From positions 1 through 40,486 of IMG/VR virus record IMGVR_UViG_3300032239_000241: 40,486 bases of DNA, one strand, 5' to 3'. The stretch's first letter is position 1. Every line of letters begins with the position of its first letter. The stretch comes from a virus. Its lineage: Duplodnaviria; Caudoviricetes. The notes beneath the pieces were generated by a model that saw only the letters and a program-made list of their open reading frames with translations, had not been told where the DNA came from and did no database searches. The position numbers and the translations under genes were made by a program. This document shows, piece by piece, positions 34,239-40,486 of this stretch.

Positions 34239-36943
34239 TGTATGTTGACGCTATCAGTGACACAAAGAATGACCGCATTCATGTGGTAGAACGAACTCCT
34301 TCGGGTAAGCGAGAATATAAAGAGTTTCCAACTAATTATGTTTTCTATTATTCTGATCCTAAGGGCAAGTATCGTTCTATCTTTGGTAATCCTCTATCTC
34401 GTTTCTCTACCCGTAAGAGGGCAGAGTTTCAGAAAGAAATTAGGATTCATTCTAACAAGAAAATATTTGAGAGTGATGTAAACACGATATTCAGATGCTT
34501 GTCTGACAACTATCTGAACATTGATCCTCCGAAACTTCATACTTGCTTCTTTGACATTGAAGTGGACTTTGACCCTGAACGGGGTTTCAGTCCCACTGAC
34601 GATCCATTCAATCCAGTAACAGCAATCTCTTGTTATTTGGATTGGCTGGACCAACTCGTGACACTTGTCGTGCCTCCCAAGCACATGACAGATGAGACAG
34701 CACAAGAATTGACGAAAGATTTTCCAAACTGTTTTCTGTTTCGTGATGAAAGGGAGATGTTTCTAACTTTCTTTGATCTAATTGAAGATGCAGATGTACT
34801 TACTGGTTGGAACTCAGAAGGATACGATATCCCTTATTGTGTAAATCGTGTTACTCGCATTATGAGCAAAGACGATACTCGCAGGTTCTGTCTACTTGGG
34901 CAATTTCCGAAAGTCCGAACATATGAACGATTCGGTAAAGAAGAAAATACATATGATCTAGTCGGTCGTATTCATATGGACTATCTGCAACTCTACAAGA
35001 AGTACAACTATGAATCTCGTCACAGCTATTCACTTGACGCAATTGGTGAGTATGAACTAGGCGAGCGCAAGACCCAATATGAGGGCACTCTTGATCAGTT
35101 GTACAACAAGGACTTTAAAACGTTCGTTGAGTATAACAGACAAGACACCATGCTTGTGGTGAAGATTCACAATAAGCTAAAGTTTCTTGATCTTGCAAAC
35201 GCACTGGCACATGAGAACAGCGTATTGATACCTACTGTCATGGGTTCAGTGGCGATGATTGAGATGGCAATCTATAACGAAGCACATGCTCGTGGTATGA
35301 TTGTTCCTGACAAGCAACACAATAGGGCGTATGCAGTAGAGCAGCAAGCAGCGGGCGCCTATGTACTGCCCCCGAAGACCGGAATGCATGAATATCCCGG
35401 AGCAGTTGACATCAACTCGCTGTATCCATCTGATATTCGTGCATTGAACATGTCTCCGGAGACTATCGTAGCACAAGTGCGACAGACTCTAACTGATCAA
35501 TATATGCTTGAGAAGAGCCTAAAGCTTGCCAAAGAAAAGCGCAAGAAGAAGAATGGCGATGATGCAGAAGCAGTGACTGGCGCTATTCTATGGGAAAATC
35601 TATTTGGTTCTCTAGAATATACTGCTATCATGAACCAAGAACGTGGCACATTACTCACTGTTGACTATGAAGATGGTCGTAGTGTAGAAATGACTGCTGC
35701 TGAAATCTGGAAGATGATCTTTGATAGTAACAAGCCCCTGCTGCTATCTGCTAATGGCACGATCTTTACCTATGAGCAAGAAGGTGTCATTCCCGGTCTT
35801 CTAACACGCTGGTACTCTGAGCGTAAAGTACTCCAGAAGCAAGCTAAAGAATCGTATGGCACTGATATGTACGAGTATTATGACAAGCGGCAGCTTGTTC
35901 GTAAGATTCTACTGAACTCAGCATATGGAGCACTTCTGAACGAACACTGCCGATTCTATGACAAGCGTATCGGACAATCGGTTACTCTATCTGGTCGCCA
36001 GATCGTGAAACATATGATGAGCCAGATCAATGAGATCATCGCAGGTGAGTATAAGCACGATGGCGATGCAATCATCTATGGTGATACTGACTCGTGCTAT
36101 TTCACTGCATATGCTGCGTTAAAACAACAGATTGACAAGGGTGAAGTAGAATGGTCTAAGGATATGTGCATAGAACTCTATGACAATATCGCAGATCAAA
36201 CTAATTCTAGCTTCCCTGCGTTCATGGAGAAAGCATTTCACTGTCCAAGAAAGAGCGGCGAGATCATCAAAGCTGGACGTGAACTCATCGGTGAGCGTTC
36301 TATCTTCATCACCAAGAAGCGTTATGCTATCAATATCTTTGATAAAGAGGGCAAGCGCAAGGATGTGGAGGGCAAGACTGGCGAGATCAAAGCGATGGGT
36401 CTTGATCTTAAACGAGCAGATACACCTAAGTATGTACAAGAGTTTCTAATGGAAGTTCTCGTCATGGTCCTGGGTGGAAAGCCTCGTGATGAAGTTATCG
36501 CGAAGATCAAGGAGTTTAAGAACTGGTTATCAGAACAAGATAGCTGGACTAAGGGTTCTCCGAAATCAGTCAACAATCTAACTAATCATACAATCAAGTA
36601 TGAGAAGACTGGTAAGTGCAGTGTTGGTCATGCGATGGCAGCTATCAACTACAACTACTTGCGTAGAATGAATAGTGATCAGTACAGCCAAAAGATCGTA
36701 GATGGCATGAAGGTCATCGTGTGTAAATTGAAATCTAATCCACTGGGGTTCACAAGTATTGCATATCCCACAGATGAACTCCGTCTTCCGAAATGGTTCC
36801 TTGAGCTACCTTTTGATGACAAGGATATGGAACGTATTCTTGTAGATGAGAAGATTGATAACTTGTTAGGGGTTTTGAACTGGGATATTCGCAGCAATAC
36901 TGATACTAATTCAACATTTGATGATTTATTCAGTTTCGGTTGA
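34238..36943 (+). CDS. family B DNA polymerase (gp43-like)
   Basis: Exonuclease motifs FDIE, GWNSEGYD, YNRQD. Polymerase motifs DINSLYPS, KILLNSAYG, YGDTDS, KKRYA. C-terminal clamp-binding-like TFDDLFSFG. Confidence 0.97.
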   Translation: MYVDAISDTKNDRIHVVERTPSGKREYKEFPTNYVFYYSDPKGKYRSIFGNPLSRFSTRKRAEFQKEIRIHSNKKIFESDVNTIFRCLSDNYLNIDPPKLHTCFFDIEVDFDPERGFSPTDDPFNPVTAISCYLDWLDQLVTLVVPPKHMTDETAQELTKDFPNCFLFRDEREMFLTFFDLIEDADVLTGWNSEGYDIPYCVNRVTRIMSKDDTRRFCLLGQFPKVRTYERFGKEENTYDLVGRIHMDYLQLYKKYNYESRHSYSLDAIGEYELGERKTQYEGTLDQLYNKDFKTFVEYNRQDTMLVVKIHNKLKFLDLANALAHENSVLIPTVMGSVAMIEMAIYNEAHARGMIVPDKQHNRAYAVEQQAAGAYVLPPKTGMHEYPGAVDINSLYPSDIRALNMSPETIVAQVRQTLTDQYMLEKSLKLAKEKRKKKNGDDAEAVTGAILWENLFGSLEYTAIMNQERGTLLTVDYEDGRSVEMTAAEIWKMIFDSNKPLLLSANGTIFTYEQEGVIPGLLTRWYSERKVLQKQAKESYGTDMYEYYDKRQLVRKILLNSAYGALLNEHCRFYDKRIGQSVTLSGRQIVKHMMSQINEIIAGEYKHDGDAIIYGDTDSCYFTAYAALKQQIDKGEVEWSKDMCIELYDNIADQTNSSFPAFMEKAFHCPRKSGEIIKAGRELIGERSIFITKKRYAINIFDKEGKRKDVEGKTGEIKAMGLDLKRADTPKYVQEFLMEVLVMVLGGKPRDEVIAKIKEFKNWLSEQDSWTKGSPKSVNNLTNHTIKYEKTGKCSVGHAMAAINYNYLRRMNSDQYSQKIVDGMKVIVCKLKSNPLGFTSIAYPTDELRLPKWFLELPFDDKDMERILVDEKIDNLLGVLNWDIRSNTDTNSTFDDLFSFG

Positions 36944-36967
36944 ACTTACAAATAAAGGAAAGATGAC

Positions 36968-37540
36968 ATGTCTACTATAAAGCAAGACTACGTTGATAGC
37001 TCTTGGCCAACTATTCCACATCACCCTGTTTTTTCTTTGGTTGGATATCTTCCTAAGGAAATCTGTTCACGAGTAATCAGTGAATGGCCGTATGGGGGCA
37101 GTCAACGACATGAAACCGAAATCGGATGGTCTGTAAAGTATTTTACCTCAGTAATTCCTTTAGAGTCTAAGTTAAATGAAGAGGTAGATATATACCTCAG
37201 AACCGCTTGGGAGCAAGCAATTAAGCATTATGACGTAGACATTGATATGTATGAACCATATGAAGTAAAGAAATACGTGCAGGGAGATTCAATTTCAAAG
37301 CATCTTGATATATTTTATAAAATGAAGCCAACCGAACGTAAACTAACTATGGTAGTACAGTTAAGTGAAAATACCGAATATGAGGGAGGAGACCTCACTA
37401 TTGCTCCGCAGCAAGTAGCAGATAGAACTATCGGAACTGTAACAGTGTTCCCGTCGTTTCATGTTCACGGAGTCAATGAAATTACTGCAGGTACAAGATG
37501 GTCTCTGATCTGTTGGGCTTGGGGGAAATATTGGAAATAA
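36968..37540 (+). CDS. 2OG-Fe(II) oxygenase (prolyl-4-hydroxylase/PKHD-like)
   Basis: KHLD (HxD), RKLTMVVQLS, YEGGDL, FPSFHVHGV, GTRWSL. Confidence 0.88.
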   Translation: MSTIKQDYVDSSWPTIPHHPVFSLVGYLPKEICSRVISEWPYGGSQRHETEIGWSVKYFTSVIPLESKLNEEVDIYLRTAWEQAIKHYDVDIDMYEPYEVKKYVQGDSISKHLDIFYKMKPTERKLTMVVQLSENTEYEGGDLTIAPQQVADRTIGTVTVFPSFHVHGVNEITAGTRWSLICWAWGKYWK

Positions 37541-37555
37541 AAGTTCCAATCACAC

Positions 37556-37606
37556 TTGCTTTTAGCAAAATATTCCGTTATTATACACTAAAGTCAAACC
37601 TAAATA
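37556..37606 (+). promoter_or_regulatory. tandem early (TTGCTT-17-TATTAT) and late (CCTAAATA) promoters
   Basis: -35 at 37556-37561, -10 at 37579-37584, TAAATA at 37601-37606. Confidence 0.55.
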
Positions 37607-37630
37607 CATTACACAAACAAAGGAAAACAC

Positions 37631-38365
37631 ATGAAAGATAATTTACTAGACCTGATTCAACACACACAAGGACTTGGCGTTATTGAACTCGTCAAGGTCG
37701 AAGGAACTGACCAAGAGACTAAGATTTTTGCACTCGCAGAAGATAAGTCAGTTGTCGTGTATGGTACGCTTAATAGTCCTCTCGCAGATTTCATCGGCAC
37801 GTTCGGGATGCCCAATCTAACAAAGCTCAAAACTATTATCGGCTTTGATGAGTATGATGCTACCTCTAAGATTAATACTGTTCGCGAAGATCGCGATGGT
37901 GAAACGGATGTACCTGTTCGTATTCACTTTGAAACTGCGACAGGAGACTTCATCAATGACTATCGGTTGATGGCTAAGAATCTTGTTAATGATAAGGTAA
38001 GTGCCGTCGCTTTCAAGGGTGCTAACTGGAACGTAGAATTTGAACCCACTGTTGCCGGTATTCAGCGTCTCAAGAAGCAAGCTCAAGCTAACAGCGAAGA
38101 AGTTAATTTTACTGTGAAGACTGACAAGGGCGACTTGAAGATTTTCTTCGGGGATCACTCTACTCACTCTGGTAATTTTATCTTCCAGACTGGAGTGAAC
38201 GGGACACTCACTCGTAGTTGGCAGTGGCCAGTCAAGGTGTTTCTTGCGATCATGGATCTTGCCGGTGACAAGATTGTTCGCATCAGTGATCAGGGGGCTG
38301 CTGAAGTTACAGTTGACAGTGGACTCGCTACATATCGCTATCTTCTTCCTGCTCAGGCGAAGTAA
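37631..38365 (+). CDS. probable DNA sliding clamp (gp45/PCNA-like)
   Basis: 244 aa, the size of a two-domain clamp. Alternating alpha/beta pattern and terminal YRYLLPA (compare the PCNA/beta clamp end). Near polB, with a clamp loader in the window. Confidence 0.6.
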   Translation: MKDNLLDLIQHTQGLGVIELVKVEGTDQETKIFALAEDKSVVVYGTLNSPLADFIGTFGMPNLTKLKTIIGFDEYDATSKINTVREDRDGETDVPVRIHFETATGDFINDYRLMAKNLVNDKVSAVAFKGANWNVEFEPTVAGIQRLKKQAQANSEEVNFTVKTDKGDLKIFFGDHSTHSGNFIFQTGVNGTLTRSWQWPVKVFLAIMDLAGDKIVRISDQGAAEVTVDSGLATYRYLLPAQAK

Positions 38366-38745
38366 TGATTAAGGGAATTGCTTCAAATAGTAGATATCTG
38401 GAAGTACAAAATGGGAATCCTGCGCCTACTCATGTCTATAACAGCGGTAATGCGTTCGGTGTAGGAAACGTGAGGTTTAACAGTTCTAGTCAATGCATGG
38501 AAGTCTACGACGGAATAACCTGGCAACTCTTAAACATTAATTATACTAGCATTGGGTTAACGTCACATGCACAAATTCTTCTTGATTGGGCTGATACAAA
38601 GCGAAGAGAAGAAATTGAACTTGAAGCTCTTGCTAAGAAGAATCCTACTGTTGCCGACCTCATTGAGCAGAAGAACAATCTTGATAACAAAATCAAGATG
38701 GTGCAAATCTTAACTAAAGAAGAATCAAAAATTGGAACAAGTTAA
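38365..38745 (+). CDS. hypothetical protein
   Basis: 126 aa, TAATG-coupled; beta-rich N-terminus and coiled-coil C-terminus. Confidence 0.7.
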   Translation: MIKGIASNSRYLEVQNGNPAPTHVYNSGNAFGVGNVRFNSSSQCMEVYDGITWQLLNINYTSIGLTSHAQILLDWADTKRREEIELEALAKKNPTVADLIEQKNNLDNKIKMVQILTKEESKIGTS

Positions 38746-40282
38746 TCTCTCGGCATCACATGACCCTAATTGGGCGTTGTTTTTGCCAGCAGTCTCGTCT
38801 TTCTTCATCGCCGGCCTTGGCAAGCAGCGTGAAGGTGAACAATATTTTGATCCGGCGAGAATCCCTGCGGCATTCAACGGTGATGTTGAGAAGTTAAACT
38901 TCCTCAATGAAAAAGAAGGCCTCTACACATATAAGTGGGGCTTGTATTCTGCTGGCCACGCAAATTTAGATATCGCGAAGGATGATCATAACGAATCAAT
39001 CATCCGTAAGCGTGATAGACAGAATACTTTCATGCTAGGTGACTCAGGTGGATTCCAGATTCTAAAGTGTCAGTGGCCTGCTGACTGGAAAGATCCTAAT
39101 TGTCCACGTGCAATGAAGAAGCGCACAGAGGTCCTCAAGTGGATGGACGAGTACATGGACTATGGCATGTGTCTGGATATCCCGTCACAGTCATTGACAA
39201 CTTATCATATCCTTGACAAGAAGACAGGTAAATCAGCACACGGTATCAGTACGATTGAAGAAGCGATTACTGCTACACACATCAACAATGAGTATTTCAT
39301 TGCTAACCGAGATGGTCGTTGTAAGTTTCTAAACGTTTTACAGGGTCGTAACCATACACAGTCTGATGATTGGTATGAGGAGATGAAGAAGTATTGCGAT
39401 ACTAACATCTATGGTGACAAAGCATTCAACGGCTGGGCGTTCGGTGGTCAGAACAAGATTGATGTTCACTTGATGCTCAAGCGCCTAGTTGGTATTATCC
39501 ATGACGGATATCTTGAAGAAGGCAAGCATGATCTTATTCACTGTCTTGGTACTTCTATCATGGAATATGCTGTCATCTTTAGTGATATACAAAAAGCTAT
39601 TCGTAAATATCACAATCCAAAATTTCAGATTACGTTTGACTGTGCTAGTCCATTCTTTGCTGCTGCTAAAGGTCTTGCTTACAACAACAACACATTTGAG
39701 CATAACACTAAGTGGAGTTATTCAATGGAGAAGACTGCGGAGCACAAAAAGTATGCTACTGATACCCGTAAATTCAGTGACGGAGTACTCGCAGACAAGA
39801 TTCACAAGTTATTCACTGATAGCCCGGTAACGGACATGATGTTGATGAAGGACCTTTGCTATCGAGGACAAGGATTCCTAGGTCAGCATGGTAAAGAGAC
39901 TAAGACAAGCTGGGATACTCTCAGTTATACACTTCTACAGGCACACAACGTCTATCAACACATGACTGCTGTACAAGAGGCAAACAAACGCTACGAACAG
40001 GGTATTCTTCCTAAAATGGTTTTTGATCCCTTTGATGGTCGTACCTTTGGGCAAATAGTTGACAAAATATTTGCACTTAAGGATAGACAAGCGAGTCTAG
40101 ACATGATAGAGTCATATAGTAAGTTTTGGCAACAAATGAAAGCAGGCCAAGGATTCTCAGGTAAAAAAACAGTTAACGCTAGCACGATGTTTAACGAATT
40201 GTTTAGTGCAGCAGAACCAGAAATTGAAGAGGTCACTGAAGATAGTGATGAAGCAATGGAAATGATTGAACATGAATTATGA
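38732..40282 (+). CDS. TGT-fold transglycosylase (queuine tRNA-ribosyltransferase / DpdA-like)
   Basis: MLGDSGGFQ hallmark, MCLDIP, VLQG, GWAFGG, IHCLG, TFDCASP. Confidence 0.8.
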   Translation: MEQVNLSASHDPNWALFLPAVSSFFIAGLGKQREGEQYFDPARIPAAFNGDVEKLNFLNEKEGLYTYKWGLYSAGHANLDIAKDDHNESIIRKRDRQNTFMLGDSGGFQILKCQWPADWKDPNCPRAMKKRTEVLKWMDEYMDYGMCLDIPSQSLTTYHILDKKTGKSAHGISTIEEAITATHINNEYFIANRDGRCKFLNVLQGRNHTQSDDWYEEMKKYCDTNIYGDKAFNGWAFGGQNKIDVHLMLKRLVGIIHDGYLEEGKHDLIHCLGTSIMEYAVIFSDIQKAIRKYHNPKFQITFDCASPFFAAAKGLAYNNNTFEHNTKWSYSMEKTAEHKKYATDTRKFSDGVLADKIHKLFTDSPVTDMMLMKDLCYRGQGFLGQHGKETKTSWDTLSYTLLQAHNVYQHMTAVQEANKRYEQGILPKMVFDPFDGRTFGQIVDKIFALKDRQASLDMIESYSKFWQQMKAGQGFSGKKTVNASTMFNELFSAAEPEIEEVTEDSDEAMEMIEHEL

Positions 40283-40466
40283 TAGCCAAATTAGCATACT
40301 AGAACTAGAACTTTCTTTAATTAGTGAACGAATTGATGAAGACTCTGTTACCCGAGAACAGCTGGGTAAGCGTATGCTTCTTTTAGCTCAGATTCGGGAA
40401 CTAAAGCAATTGCGTTATCAACAAGAACATGATAGATTTGAAGATCATGACGAAGACGGAATTTGA
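40272..40466 (+). CDS. small hypothetical coiled-coil protein
   Basis: 64 aa from ATG 40272, overlapping the end of the upstream gene. Confidence 0.55.
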   Translation: MNYDSQISILELELSLISERIDEDSVTREQLGKRMLLLAQIRELKQLRYQQEHDRFEDHDEDGI

Positions 40467-40486
40467 TACCGTGAGAGAACAAGCAC

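Noticed and set aside
246-40236. The many short antisense or alternative-frame ORFs in the track
   Set aside because: They lie wholly within well-supported genes and have no RBS, promoter or recognisable motif, so they are treated as shadow ORFs.
1-40486. Stop-codon recoding, as in some large phages
   Set aside because: Conserved genes are full length in the standard code and tile densely; TAA, TGA and TAG all end genes at sensible positions.
1-40486. tRNA/rRNA genes, introns, inteins, integrase or transposase
   Set aside because: None recognised. Intergenic gaps are short and explained by promoters and terminators, and PolB, ClpA and the clamp loader have no intein-sized insertions.

Overview
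A 40.5 kb, AT-rich, gene-dense segment of a large (jumbo-type) T4-related dsDNA bacteriophage. Every real gene except phoH is on the + strand. Phage core functions: family B DNA polymerase, RFC/gp44-like clamp loader, probable sliding clamp, DsbA/GapR-like DNA-binding protein, PhoH, a stand-alone DnaE fragment, and a TGT/DpdA-like base-exchange enzyme. Chaperones are GroES, DnaJ and ClpA. Host-like accessory genes include a CYP153-type P450, a secreted and membrane-anchored GH2 with a malectin domain, an outer-membrane beta-barrel, Dps, an Hc1-like protein, a 2OG-Fe(II) oxygenase, a glycosyltransferase and a glutamine amidotransferase-like protein. The CYP153 and GH2 suggest an alphaproteobacterial host (inference). 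Two promoter classes are readable: sigma70 TTGACA/TATAAT types before replication genes and T4-late-like TAAATA before the others. The most striking unexplained structure lies at about 11-33.7 kb. About a dozen unrelated proteins share a short N-terminal tag (M-[KR]-x-x-[ED]-hydrophobic-hydrophobic-x-E, e.g. MRAKEFIVE) resembling the T4 internal-protein capsid-targeting sequence. Several are polyproteins whose modules are joined at hydrophobic-x-E sites, the motif cut by T4-type prohead proteases. Their modules include Cys-paired basic peptides, shuffled helical cassettes with DNA-identical borders, three nucleotidyltransferase folds, a GH19 lysozyme, a zincin and three WCT-domain paralogs. 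This suggests a virion-packaged, protease-released cargo arsenal. All family assignments come from motif recognition by eye; no database searches were run.
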